Shown: one piece after another, positions 40,101-55,400 of the stretch | Layout: each line of letters begins with the position of its first letter | How positions within the stretch are numbered: position 1 is the first letter of the stretch | Origin: Octopus bimaculoides | Lineage: Eukaryota | Direction: 5' to 3' | Length of the DNA stretch: 64,000 nucleotides | Assembly (NCBI RefSeq): GCF_001194135.2 | Contig: NC_068987.1 | Coordinates: 38,668,905 to 38,732,904 of the forward strand | Translations under genes and position numbers: made by a program | Notes under the pieces: generated by a model | Database searches by the model: none | What the model was told of the DNA's origin: nothing | What the model saw: only the letters and a program-made list of their open reading frames with translations

Positions 40101-43100
40101 GAATTTATAAAGATTTTATATATCAAGTGAACTGATATTTAAAAAGTAGCAATACAATCTTTAACATTTATTCCCTTATACTTACTCTGTTTTATGATTC
40201 GTAATCAACTGTGTTAGAAATATCGTAAAGGGAAATTGAGTTAGTATTTCTGACAGTTCGTTGTATTCATGATATTTAAAAACCCTTGCTAATATATCTT
40301 ATTAAAATGCTAAAAATACAATGCTAACCTTCGAAGCGGCTCCCCAGCTGTTGAAGAGTTTTTCTTGCTTCATACAGCTCAGGACCAAGCTCTGGATACT
40401 CAACACTTTCGCATTCTTCGATAATGTTTTCAAGATTTACTCTGTCTTTCCGCTCAACAGCTGTCCGTAATCGGCAGCGCAGATTACCTGGGGACTTAAT
40501 ATCTGTTTTGGAATCTAAAATTCAAAGTTAGCTTTCGATGATTCTTAGAATGGTAGGCAAGTAGATACATAAATAAATGAATGTTATTATTAAAAACTAT
40601 TCCAAAATCGGTGAGCTGGCAGAATCTTTAGAACACCGGAAAAAATGCTTTGCACTATTAATTCCGGGGTTTTTACGCTCTTAGTTCAAATCACGCCAAG
40701 GTCAATTTTGCTTTTCATACTTTCGGGTTTAATTTTTTAAAAAGTACCTGTGAAGTACTGAGGTCGATGGTATCGACAAATTCCCTCACAATTGCTGACC
40801 TTGTGCCAAAATTAGAAACCATTATTAAAGCTATTCTGAAATACACACACATACACACACACATACATATAAATGTGTGCATGTGTGTATGAGTGCACGT
40901 GTATTTGTATAGATGTATATACACAAATAACTAAAGGTTTCAAATTAAATCGAAATATAATTCAATCATAATTTCAATCAGCAATTTTAAAATATTGATT
41001 TTTATCTAATTTCCAGATATGTTTTTATATTTCGACCAATATTTTAAGCAGGAGCTAAAATTATCTACACTTATGTTAAGTCATATTTATACGAATATAA
41101 TTATTGTTCCAACCTCTGAATCTTTTATCCCTAGTATGTGAGGAATCTTTATTTTGAAAATGCTCTGATGATATTCCTTTAAGTTCATTATAACCTGGAA
41201 AGGGACGACCCAATCTGCTTTCTCTGAAACGCTGTTGAGTGACAGTTCTCTGGAAACCAAGAGCAGCTAACCCTAAGTTTTAAATAGAATAATTTCAGAA
41301 ATCGGAATGGATGAAAAAATTAAATAGATCCTTACCACAGGCTCTAATTGTCCATTTTTCAATATCCAAAATGGGGAACATATTTTGTATATTAGCCAGT
41401 AAGATTCTATACACACATGCATACACACAAACATATTTATATACATATATGTATATAGCTACATTCATACACATATACATTAATATGCATACATATATGT
41501 CACGAGTAAAATGCTGTAAAATCCATACCGGTGTTTACATTAATATATTTATACACCAATATATATACTATAAATTATTTAAGTAATATATATATTTTAT
41601 GATACGTATTTTAAATAATATATTATATTGTATAAGCATAATATGAATGTGAGCGTGTGTTACAAAAAAAAAGATAAAAAACAAACATATGACGCATATA
41701 CCGGTGTTTTATAAGAGGAGTATGGCTAAGAATTCCAACATGTCGGACTTAATTTTTGCCCCATGCAAGCGACATAAGGATGATGAATACAGCAAAGACT
41801 CCAAAAACCGACGCAGCTTTAAAATAATCAGGTCATAATAAAGATCTGGACAAGAAATAACATGTGCAACGCATCCCTCAGAGCTGAGTCCCTCCACGTT
41901 TTTGCAATCCCGATACCATGTAGAGTATTTCAGCCAATCGAATGGCCTCTAGCGTAACAAGAAATTATGGCGGGAATTTGAAAATGCATACAGGACCCTA
42001 CCATAACAGCTAAGGGTGACGTTGATAGTCGAAGGCAATGACGGCAATCACTACCAGCTCTGAGTCTGCCAAACTCACTCCAATAGAGTAGGTAACAGCC
42101 TGCTAAATAACTGTTAGGACAGTGCAGAAGCAAAGGCTGGCAAATTCGTGCGAGCTACTGGAGGATTGTGGGATGATCACTTTGCAAAGTTCTGACTGGA
42201 CTTGTAGTGATTGCGCAAACAAAGAGAAGGTCCATATGTTCCAATACTAAAACTGTAGAGAAAACTTCTGGATGATTTTGAATAAGGATGGCAAACATAT
42301 GGCTTGCTGTTACTGGGACGTAAGCCGATATATAATGATTAGTGGTTGGGTTAGCTATACGTAGGGTTGAACGGTAAAAGACTCGAAATCCTTCACTACT
42401 CCTGATGACTAAGAGCTTCCCTCTTTCAAGACAATATCCCACAATAACATTTGGAATACTTCACTGTTCTATAGAGGAAATCCGTTCCATAGACATTAAA
42501 CTCACAAACTTTGACATCAACTGTAAACTCTCACAAAAATTCAATTTTAGAAAAAAAGAAAATGTAAGAGTCTTAAGGTCAATGCAAAAAACCTTTGAGT
42601 GCCGTATTATGTCACTGAGAAAGCATCTGCCAAACAAAAGCAGTTAAATCAAATACATCAACCAAACACCCAAAAATGAAGGGAATAACACCTTGTGAGT
42701 TAGTAGTGAACTCCCCACCAAAAATTCAGTTCCTGATAACCTCCCTTGTTGACCCAGAAGCGCAGGGTTAGCATAATTCAGCGAAGACTTGGAAAAGAAA
42801 CACTTTGCATATCACAAAAAAGTTATGAAAATGTGTTTCCCGTAAACTTGAGGAAGAGAATAATATTAACATGGAATGAAATCTCTCTTGGACTCGTGAC
42901 CGTCATGTCACATTTCGAAAGCTTACGCTTTTGCCATACAGAAGTAGAAGATAACTACGAAATATCGATGACCAAAGGGGGGAGTGAATCTCTTAAACTC
43001 CATAGGAGTAACCTCTAATGTCGGTTGCATCAATCCCTTGTGAAGGATATGGTACAACCACCCACTGCAACATGGTATTGCTGAAACAATATACGATTCT

Positions 43101-43512
43101 GTCAGCAGAAAAGACTGTCCTGGAATAAATATCAACGCCCCTGCTATTCCCTACATATATGCGTATCGTTACAAGGAATATTGACAGAATATCCCTATCA
43201 AAACATGTGCAAAACATAATACACTTGATAGAGTTATTTTGGAAAGAAGAGAACAATTGCGCACAGTCAAAGAGGTTAAGTCCGCGGCAGATGTGAATAT
43301 CTCTTCCAAAGTCAGTGAAGCTGACAGATTCTTTGCCGTGATCATATTTTTGCATATATACTAATAATCATTGGTGCACTTGACTATCTAAGTAAATGTC
43401 AAAACGACAATCTATAAAATCTAGGACTTCGGGCAAAGAAAGAGAGTGGGTAACATGCACTTTACAAGTATAATCTAGATTATTTTTAGAGGCCATTCCT
43501 AGCGGGAACCAT

Positions 43513-43564
<52 letters not shown>

Positions 43565-43639
43565 ATACACACACACATATATATATATATGACGGGCTTC
43601 TTTCCACTCACAAGGCTTTAGTCGGCCGGAAGCGATAGG

Positions 43640-43690
<51 letters not shown>

Positions 43691-44631
43691 GCCATCGTCA
43701 GCTGTCAGTTTAAGATGTATTTTCTCAAAGCTTCAATTCATATTAACTCCAATCCACCGATTCATTTCGAATAACCCGAAATCTATTATAAAACACCCCA
43801 AACCACGTGAAACAACTGCTCTAATAAATTATTAGTATTATCTCCGCAACGATCTTGAAGGTAATAATATATACACAAAAATCGGCAAAAATCTCGATTT
43901 GCGATATATCAACTGAAATGAGATGTGAATCAATGTCAAAATTAAAGAAATCGTCGACTTTGCTTTTCATCCTTTCGGGGTCGATTAAATAAGTACCATT
44001 TACGTACTGTGGTCGATGTAATCGACTTAATCCCTTTGTCTGCCCCTGTTTGTCCCCTCTTTGTTTAACTCTATGTGGGCAACAAAGAAATAAATTATAT
44101 CTTGTAAACTCTTTGTTCCAGTTCCAACAGGTCAAGAGCTATCACAGTACGCTGATAACCAGCAACAAACAATTAGAAAACTACTATTTTGATTTCTCCA
44201 TTTGACCTCATTGCAGCTAGTCAGAATCATCCTCAACAAGCTAACATACAGCAGTACCTCGGCATCATTACTACACCAGCTTTGGTGAATACAATTGTCC
44301 TACCACTTCACCAGCACTCCACCTCAAAATGAGAACCCGACTTCCTCCCTTCCAAAGTGCTTGTCGCTACTACGTACAAGGTAGCAGTAAACTTGGCCCC
44401 CGTGGCGTCAAGTCAAAGGTCACTAATTTTTCCACATCCTTTCATATACCAGAAGTTTATAAGGAGCATTTGTGTATATGGTATAATGGGAAAAGTTTAT
44501 CCTCACCTCTATCTTAAATACAGTGCCGATGGGTCCGATTCCAAATACAGATGAAGAAAGGGCAGCTGGAGTGCCTTCTTCCACCCGAAACTACGTCAAG
44601 TGTCTCTCTCTCTCTCTCTCGTTCTCCCTCC

Positions 44632-44682
<51 letters not shown>

Positions 44683-46504
44683 CATGAGAATACGCCTAAA
44701 CGTAGAACGCAACAGCAGAAAAGCAGAAAAAACAAAAAAATATAAGAACAACTACAACAATGAATAAAAAACGAAATATAGATACACCCGACTATCAAGC
44801 ACTGACCGCCATAGAATTTCACCCAACAAGACGGAGCCCTCCCACCCAACTTAATGAATTGGCACAACAAAATGTTTCCGCAAAAGAACCACTGGGAAAG
44901 AACCTGGAAAATATGAAAGAAGACCCAAGCCTTCAAATTCAGCAGTCAGCAGCCATCACTCAGCGGCACTGCGAATGTGAAACCGTTAAAAATTAAAACA
45001 TTCCTCGAAGTCAAGTCGTTACACAATCTTCCTCCTCTGCTGCCATTAAACAACAAAATGCATGGCTGAAGACTCTTGGAACAACGTAATCGACGAACCA
45101 CCCTAGTTTCGACATTCTTATTGTATGCACAAGGCATCAACCCAGCAGTTTAACATTCAAAATGAAAGATTGCATTAACAAGTATTAGAATTGCTGAACA
45201 GACATGCCATTTTTTCATTCTAACGGTACCCACCTGAACAAATCTCACTTGGATGCCGAGCTGAAAATCGGGAACTTCACTATCACTCGCGCACAGCGCG
45301 TAGGCTGAAGCAAAGGAGGAACTACTATCTTATTCTTTATTCCCTTTCTATGGAAACAAATGACATATTCTCAAACGGGTATTATGAATCTGTATCTGCA
45401 TGTAATAACGCTAGCAATTTAACCGTAATTTAATTCTAAATGCATCCTTAAACATCTCTATAGTGCTTCCAAGAGTGCCTCGACAATGTCAAATTCTTGC
45501 TCTAAATTTTTATTTTTATTATAAAGTAAATTAGCTATTGGTTGAATGAATGACTGTCTTAAGTTGAATTCAATTTAGGTGTTTCCTTTTGCTACTGTTT
45601 ATTAACTGGTAAAATGTTTTCAGATGTTCAGTTGGAATTTCACCAATTTGGATTACTTTGATAATGTGTCGACATATATTTTCGAAGATATTATTATCAA
45701 TTTTGATAATATTGTTTATATGTATATATACTCTTTTACTCTTTACTTGTTTCAGTCATTTGACTGCGGCCATGCTGGAGCACCACCTTTAGTCGAGCAA
45801 ATCGACCCCAGGACTTATTCTTTGTAAGCCTAGTACTTATTCTATCGGTCTCTTTTACCGAACCGCTAAGTTACGGGGACGTAAACACACCAGCATCGGT
45901 TGTCAAGCGAAGTTGGGGGGAAAAACATAGACACACAAACATATACACACACATACATACATATATATATATATANNNNNNNNNNNNNNNNNNNNNNNNN
46001 NNNNNNNNNNNNNNNNNNNNNNNNNNNNNNNNNNNNNNNNNNNNNNNNNNNNNNNNNNNNNNNNNNNNNNNNNNNNNNNNNNNNNNNNNNNNNNNNNNNN
46101 NNNNNNNNNNNNNNNNNNNNNNNNNNNNNNNNNNNNNNNNNNNNNNNNNNNNNNNNNNNNNNNNNNNNNNNNNNNNNNNNNNNNNNNNNNNNNNNNNNNN
46201 NNNNNNNNNNNNNNNNNNNNNNNNNNNNNNNNNNNNNNNNNNNNNNNNNNNNNNNNNNNNNNNNNNNNNNNNNNNNNNNNNNNNNNNNNNNNNNNNNNNN
46301 NNNNNNNNNNNNNNNNNNNNNNNNNNNNNNNNNNNNNNNNNNNNNNNNNNNNNNNNNNNNNNNNNNNNNNNNNNNNNNNNNNNNNNNNNNNNNNNNNNNN
46401 NNNNNNNNNNNNNNNNNNNNNNNNNNNNNNNNNNNNNNNNNNNNNNNNNNNNNNNNNNNNNNNNNNNNNNNNNNNNNNNNNNNNNNNNNNNNNNNNNNNN
46501 NNNN

Positions 46505-46538
<34 letters not shown>

Positions 46539-49336
46539 AAAACTGTTGTCATGTACCAACCTGCCCCTGGTAAGCAGTATATTGAACCAAATATCTATGT
46601 GTATGGTAGAAGATTTGGTGTAGTCGATCAGTTTGTCTACCCGGGAAACACTCTCTTCAGTTTGTCTACCCGTGTGTACTCTCTTCTCTTCTTTATGCCT
46701 GCGAGACCTGGGTCACATATCGTTACCACCTCAAACAACTGGAACGTCTCAGACGGATCTGTGGCATCAAGTGGGAGGACCGCATCAGCGATCTTGAGAT
46801 ATTGGATATATAGGCGCAGGAGTGGCTGTGTGGTAAGTAGTTTACGAACCACATGGTTCCGGGTTCAGTCCCACTGCATGGCACCTTGGGCAATAGTCTT
46901 CTACTATAGCCCGTCGTATGTATGTATATATATGTATATATGTATGTGTGTGTATATGGCTGTGTCTGTGTTTGTACCCCCAACATCGCTTGACAACCGA
47001 TGCTGGTGTGTTTACGTCCCCGTAACTTAGCAGTTCGGCCAAAGAGACCGATAGAATAAGTACTAGACTTACAAAGAATAAGTCCTGGGGTTGATTTGCT
47101 CGACTAAAGGCGGTGCTCCAGCATGGACACAGCCAAACGACTGAAACAAGTAAAAGAGTAAAAGAGTATGTTTTTCTCCTTGTCTCCGTATTCTTTCTGT
47201 TGAAGAGCGTAGCTCNNNNNNNNNNATATATATATATATATATATATATATACATTCGTGTGTGTATGTGTGTGAACTGTGCGTGCGTTATGTGGTGTGT
47301 TGTGTGGTGTGGTGTGGTGTCTAAGTGTTTGTGTGATTTGATAAACAGATAATGACCAGGAAAATATTGCATATAATAATTTTTATAAGTTTCTATAAGT
47401 GATTGAAATTGATCGATGTAATTTATTTTCAGTAAAAGAAAACAGTATAGCTAACAGAAGAAAAAACAATTTTTTCTTAACAATATAAGCATATATCACT
47501 GGTAAACATTCAACTATAAATGACAAAATATTTAATTTTTATTATGAAATTCATGTTTCCTTTTCAAATCCAAATTATTTTATGGTTTCTTTCATATAGC
47601 GATTCAAATAGCTGTATATTACAATGTCAAAAACATAATATGTATTTATATCAAAAGTATTTCCTATGTGTGAAATAAACGGAACAAACATATACGGACT
47701 ATGATATTAATAGTTAAATAATTTTTCTGTAGAAATTCAAAATATTTTCCTGTAACATTAATTTTTTACGATGTACAAAATAGCTGAAATATAAAATAAG
47801 TGAAATAATCTTCTACTTTTAGTCCAGTCTCCTAAAACAGTGAAAATGAGCATATAGCTGGAATATTAAAAAAGAAAAAATGGTTGGAATGTTACTATTA
47901 TTTTCAAGACAAATGTAAAGCATTATCAAATTTGGCAGCATTCAAATAAATAGATCTGTTAAATAAACATACATGTTAACTATAAAGCAAAATAAGTAAA
48001 ACAAAGAGAGATACACAGGAAGACACATCCGATCAAAATTACACTTATATAAGAATAGTTTAAATAATTGTTATCTCACCACCTCGACCACCACCAAGTT
48101 TTTCAAGAGTTTCCCTAGCTTTTCGGAGATCGTAAGCAAGTTCTGGATAACCAGCAGCTTCAGCATCGTGAATAGCTTTTTCCAAATTTGCTTTGTTCTT
48201 CTGGGTGACAGCACGTTTTAACTGGTTACGCAAAGAATCGGGTGTCGTCGATCCTACAAAAAAAAATTATGACAACGTGTGATTACTATCGATCATATTA
48301 TTCTCTTCTGTCCCAGCCGAATCATTGAAAATATGACAAAATCATTGTCTGAATCTTTGGCTCTTTTATTTTTTACTTTCTATATTTCTTGTTGCTATAA
48401 TCTCAGGATTTTAAAAGGGCTTTAAAGATTTTTTAGCAAACAACTCATATACATCTTTAAATGATACATGTATTGAAAAATATTATATTGTATAGCATTT
48501 TCTCAAGCATGCATCAGTCATCCACTAATGTAAAAATACTGACATCAGCTATGTTGTTTCTACGGGTTGATGCCTCATCCAAAAGCATTTTTCTTTTAAT
48601 TTTAGAGTCGAACCTACTTTGTGTAGTGTGAATATAAGCGAAGAGGTTCAAATGTCTCAGTTCAGAAATTAAATTGGAAGCTACAAAAACGAAACATATC
48701 TGTGGAGATGTTATTTTATTACTCAAATTTAACATTTATATGGTTGTAAGTATGAAATGTATATAGTATTTGTAATACATCTTCGCCTTCTTAATGTATA
48801 AAATCGAAATTTTTGATAAAGAGTAAAGAACCCGAAATTACTGAAAGAAAAGATGGTTAAAATGAAAAAGAGTGAGAGGGAAATTTGGTTGCAGTAAAAA
48901 AAAACATAGTTAACCAGGAGGAGGATGAATGCGGAGAGACATACTGAGTGTTCCTCACCATTTTAGGCATTAATTTCAATATATTAATAATAGAGATTTT
49001 TCACATTTTGAACTTAACCAAAACATTCTAAACAATTCATTAAATAAAAGTAAGTTTAGTAACTAGATGAGAATGAAATGCAGATCAGTTTCAATATCAA
49101 ATAAATAATGATATCTCTTCTTACTAGAAATTATACAAATTGATATTATACATATAATTATACATATAATTATACATATAATATGTCAATATATTTCCAA
49201 TAAAGTATATGGCTGAATTTACCAGAAAGTATGCACTTTTGGAACACACTAAAAAAGTGCAGTAAAATCGTACTTCGAATATATTTCACTTTTATCCGAA
49301 GGTTGAAATAGGAGATAAAGAAACTTGATAACTTAC

Positions 49337-49409
<73 letters not shown>

Positions 49410-50547
49410 TGTGCGTGTGTTTGTGCGTGCGTGTGTTCATGTGTGTGTAGGATTGTAGTAAACATTTTTATGGTTATGGTATGAGAAAAAATGGAATAAT
49501 CATTAGAACGATATCCGTTTTCAAATTTCTTCAACTCAATAAACACCAAACCTTCAAGCGAATTATTCAAAGATTCAAGAAGCTTTCTTGCTCTACATAT
49601 TTCCAAATCAAGTTCTGACATGCCAGCGTCAACACATTCATTGACAATATTTCGTAAATTTTCTTCATCCCCTAACCAAATTCCTGCCTTCAGTTTCTCA
49701 CTAAGTGAATCGCCAGACTTTGTTCCTACTATCCGAAACAGACAAAGTGAATCAGAAATTGCTGTTCGCGAATATTTCTGAAAGTAATCCATCACGAAGT
49801 TTCAACAAAATATTGTTGAATTTTTACTGATGTAGAATTGTGCCAAGGATGTTTCTCATCTCAGTGATTAATAAATAATGCAGAATTCTGCAACAAGACA
49901 AGCTTAAAGCAGAAATTTTAACAAAGACAAATGTCTAAATATATTGAATTGTATAGAAAGTATTTGCCCTATTATACCCAAGATAAAAATAAAATTTTAA
50001 CATTCCGCGCTTGTTTTATAACAATAGACAATAGATTTAGCTAGCGTTTTTAGTTAAACCACGTTCCTGAACAAAGAAGTGTAATTATCGGCAAAACAAA
50101 AAGAACAAAATTAAAATACACTACCGCATAGCAAACCAAGCATAATGGGACGATGAGTGGATTCCTCATATTTTGAGATAAAGAAACCACACCAGTTGTT
50201 TTATTTGTGATATATTAAAAATAGAACAAAAGAATAATGGAAAACTGTTTCAGAAATACAGCAGAACGCTTATCATTTGGTAATACAGCAGCAGCTAGTA
50301 ACGTGTCGTATATAACTATCTATGATGGTTTTCACATTCCTAGTCGAGCAAACAAAGAAATATTTACAAGACTTCATTGGGGATTAATTTTCTGTCAGGA
50401 GGTGATTTAACCCAATCAAAACGTTATTAATTGATGTTATCGAAAAGAAAGAAGGCCGTTGGATAGGACAAAGATTTTTAGAATAGACAACACAAATGTC
50501 CAACACACACGCACGCACACAGACACACGCACTCACACACACACACA

Positions 50548-50616
<69 letters not shown>

Positions 50617-51033
50617 TTCACATATATGTATTTGTATGTGTGCGTATGTGTGTGTATATATGTATATACATATATATACATATATATATGTACATATGCA
50701 TATCTAAGTGTATATATAAATATCTCAATATATATTATGCATATATTTGTGCAGGTGTGGCTGTGGTAAGAAACTTGGTACCAACCACATGGTTCCGACT
50801 TCAGTCCCAATGCGTAGCAAGTGTCTTCTACTATAGCCTCGGGCCAACCAAAGCCTTATGAGTGGATTTGTTAGGTGAAAACTGTAAGAAGCTCATCGAG
50901 TATATATATATATATATAAGGGGGGAAAATTGAATATTAATTTGATTAATATCCATTTAAAACCAGTGGCCTAGCAAATTGAAAAATCTGAAGATTCAGA
51001 AAAATTATAATATATACATATATATATATATAT

Positions 51034-51083
<50 letters not shown>

Positions 51084-51868
51084 NNNNNNNNNNNNNNNNN
51101 NNNNNNNNNNNNNNNNNNNNNNNNNNNNNNNNNNNNNNNNNNNNNNNNNNNNNNNNNNNNNNNNNNNNNNNNNNNNNNNNNNNNNNNNNNNNNNNNNNNN
51201 NNNNNNNNNNNNNNNNNNNNNNNNNNNNNNNNNNNNNNNNNNNNNNNNNNNNNNNNNNNNNNNNNNNNNNNNNNNNNNNNNNNNNNNNNNNNNNNNNNNN
51301 NNNNNNNNNNNNNNNNNNNNNNNNNNNNNNNNNNNNNNNNNNNNNNNNNNNNNNNNNNNNNNNNNNNNNNNNNNNNNNNNNNNNNNNNNNNNNNNNNNNN
51401 NNNNNNNNNNNNNNNNNNNNNNNNNNNNNNNNNNNNNNNNNNNNNNNNNNNNNNNNNNNNNNNNNNNNNNNNNNNNNNNNNNNNNNNNNNNNNNNNNNNN
51501 NNNNNNNNNNNNNNNNNNNNNNNNNNNNNNNNNNNNNNNNNNNNNNNNNNNNNNNNNNNNNNNNNNNNNNNNNNNNNNNNNNNNNNNNNNNNNNNNNNNN
51601 NNNNNNNNNNNNNNNNNNNNNNNNNNNNNNNNNNNNNNNNNNNNNNNNNNNNNNNNNNNNNNNNNNNNNNNNNNNNNNNNNNNNNNNNNNNNNNNNNNNN
51701 NNNNNNNNNNNNNNNNNNNNNNNNNNNNNNNNNNNNNNNNNNNNNNNNNNNNNNNNNNNNNNNNNNNNNNNNNNNNNNNNNNNNNNNNNNNNNNNNNNNN
51801 NNNNNNNNNNNNNNNNNNNNNNNNNNNNNNNNATCCCTAGTATACACACACACACACACACACGCACG

Positions 51869-51899
<31 letters not shown>

Positions 51900-52331
51900 A
51901 CACACACACACACAAATTCATCCATCCTTCTCTGTCCACTATTCCTGAGAAGGTACAGTGGGTAGAGTCCTCCGACACGCCCTCTATAAGGATTTCCGAG
52001 AGTAACCAACTGAGACTATGGACATTATCCAACCCTTTCGTTCTTTTTCTACCCCTAGGGCTTCTGCCAGTTGGCACGGATTGAAAAATTCGTTTTGTGA
52101 TTCTTTGCAGTGACATTCTAATCACATATTCGTAGTACTGGAGCTGCGGAAAGGAGCGACTCAGCCTGGAGAGACCCCGCCTGATCTTTGAACTATGTAC
52201 CTTGTTGAGTAACATTATTGCGGTGATGCTTAGGTGGAATTACATATCGGCCTCTTGTATTCGTGATCGTACTCTTTCGGTTATTGCCCAACGTTTATAT
52301 GTGTGCGTGTGTGTAGATAGATAGTTAGATC

Positions 52332-52400
<69 letters not shown>

Positions 52401-55400
52401 CCATAAATAAATATAAAGTGGGTGAAAAGACGCTATTGCAGGCCTAGGATTGGAATTATCTTTCAGACTGATCAAAGTTTTAAATTCCAATTTCAAATCA
52501 GAGTAAAGTAGTCCAGTAGAACAAGAGTTGGTTACAAAAAGTAGAGTTCAAGCGAGTAATAAAGAGAACTGGTAGAAAACCAATTCCAGATGATAGGGAT
52601 CCATCTATAATTGTTGTGGTTGTTGTTGGCCCTCCGTCGCTTACGACGTCGAAGGTTCCAGTTGATCCGATCAACGGAACAGCCTGCTCGTGAAATTAAC
52701 GTGCAAGTGGCTGAGCACTCTACAGAAACGTCTACCCTTAACGTAGTTCTCGGGGATATTCAGTGTGACACAGTGTGACAAGGCTGGCCCTTTGAAATAC
52801 GGGTACAACAGAAACAGGAAGAAAGAGTGAGAGAAAGTTGTGGTGAAAGAGTACAGTAGGGTTCACCATCATCTCCTGCCGGAGCCTCGTGGAGCTTTAG
52901 GTGTTTTCGCTCAATAAACACTCACAACGTCCGGTCTGGGAATCGAAACCGCGATCTTATGACCGCAAGTCCGCTGCCCTAACCACTGGGCCATTGCGCT
53001 TCCACATCTATAATAGATGCTACATATACACATAACAGGATGAATATATATAATCTTTACAACTGTTTCAAATATTCGGTGATTGGGTGATGTTATAATG
53101 CATATTAAGCAAACTAGTATACATAATGAAGTACTGCTACGCACAACAAAAAAGTTTTTAAAATATTAATTTACATGATAATTGATATGCGAGGGAATCG
53201 CCAAACATATTCTTCTGAAGAATAAATTGTAAATGTAGTAGTGGTCGGCAACATATTCATGATAAACGTTCATGATTAACAAATGCGTCGATAAAAAAGA
53301 CAAAAGAAGGAGGACAGTTACTAGTGAAGAAGTGAGTATAAGGAAAGGAGAAACAACGTGAAGAGAAAAAAGGTTAACGAAAAGTGTGAAGTTGAGTAAG
53401 TGGTAAAGAAAAAGAAAACATCGAAAGAAAGGAAAGAATGAAACACAAATACGAAGCTCATTCGGTCAGTTTGGAAACTTAAACTTACAATGGAAAGGTT
53501 GTAAAACTAAACATTGAGGAAGGTGGTAAAGGAAGAGGTCATCAAAGAAAATCTATAAAAAGAGGGAATAGCATACGACATTTTCCCCCTGCGGTATAAA
53601 ACAAGCAGAGTAACTTGTTGGTGACTTGGTTTAGTATAAGTGTCTTGTGCGTGTAAATAAGAATGAAGCCGTTGGCAAAATATGAATAAAAATAATATAA
53701 ATAATATAAAAACGGATAAAAACCAAAACCAAAAATTATTATATGCCTGAAGTTCCATTCGAATTAAGGTATGTCTATAATTAGCTGAGTCAGTTAAAGC
53801 AGCCGATCGCTGGTAAAAAGAAAATGTTTTGTAAAATGTATGCCTACAGAATGTGATTACATCAAACTGTTTATTAAGGAAAGCATTCTTCTAGTGTAAT
53901 ATATGAATGGATTCTCTACTGTCAATGTTGTTTTTGTTATTAATATCATTGCCATTACTATCACTTGCTCTAACACCCCAAACCTACCCAGCACCACCAC
54001 CATCATCATTATCATTATCATTATCGTTTGAGCTGTTTTTCAGATCTTTGCATCTTATTTGGTATGGAAAGGAAATGTGGATGATAGTACTGCTTCGGAA
54101 AGGCACCAGCCTTCAGATACAGATGGATCTTCCAGTACCCAGATGGGAAAATGGTGGTCCTGGACGTGAAAAGTAGTAAAGGATATGTCTTTAAATTCTG
54201 TGCCCCCGACCAGGACGGGATGGCCGGATTTCTTCAGGTATCCAAAAGCTTTCCTAGGAATATCCTGCCCTTTAGTGTTAGTGGGCGGTTACAACGCTAC
54301 GATGGTTGCATATCGAGATTGTGTTGGGTTAGCTGATAAGAAAGGTGGACGTAAAAGCCTAGAAAACCGGCTCGGTCGTTGACAACAGATTGACAGGTAC
54401 TGACTAGATTTCCCGAACGTGACAATATGAACATGGCAAATAACATCTGGTCATCCAGATCACACCTTAGCAGAGTATTCTGTAGGTCAGTAGATAGGAA
54501 TAACATAGGGTTGTCCATGATTTAAATTAATCGGCTACAGAGACCACACATTTATATGTACGGTCGACCTAGATAAGCTGTATGGGCAGGGACCCAATCA
54601 CTGGAAACTGAACGCATCTTTTCCGACACGGTAAGTTTACGGTGACCGTATTAGAGAACAAGTTAAGAGCGAGTTGATGTGAGCATTCGTCAACAAGCGA
54701 TGGTGGCTACTCCTGAAAAGAGCAATCTGATCAGAACAATAAGATTTAGTAAGGACATAGTAGAGAATTCTAGAGTAGAGCAAGAGCTAGTAACACAGCA
54801 AAGACGCTAGGAAAGATATGATCGACGTGATGGCGGCGAGATTAGCTCTTGACCAGTTCTTCAACGCTAAGCACGAAGGCTGTGTTGTCAGAACCAGGAC
54901 CCATGCTTTCATACATGAGAGAATGAAAGCTCAGATTGTACAGGCGCAACATGGAACAAGCTATAATTTGGTTTTCGATGGATCAGAGTGCATGCTATTC
55001 AAGTCTAAGTAGGAGTAAGCAGCTTTTCAGTGACACTCTGCTCAAAAATTTGGGGTGGATGGTGAACTGTAAACGGAAGTGTCCTTTACCACCGATATTG
55101 ACGGCCTATTGCGACTCTCGATAGGAATACAGAGTCCTGCGAAAGGCTGATAACAGCTGGCATAGTTTACCTGGCGAAATTTAATCAGACTTGGTCGGAG
55201 ACCTCTTGACAGATGTCTAATGCAAATATTAGCAGAACTGGAGAATTCTTGATTCTGTAGAAAGATGTATGGTAGTGCTGTTGAGAAAGAACCTAAACAA
55301 GGGGGATGTCTAACAACTTCAAGCCGTAACCCTGCTAAATGTTCGATGATCAGAGTGACTGGACACTTGTCGGGATCATTCAGTATTATGTGTTCGGTTC

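Noticed and set aside
44100-45130. Possible further LINE endonuclease/RT relic
   Set aside because: Only faint motifs (e.g. PRGVKS); too decayed to support a family call.
48514-48680. Phase-1 acceptor followed by a ~55-codon open frame ([10 protein letters not shown]...)
   Set aside because: Does not align with the repeat consensus, ends in a stop, and has no donor.
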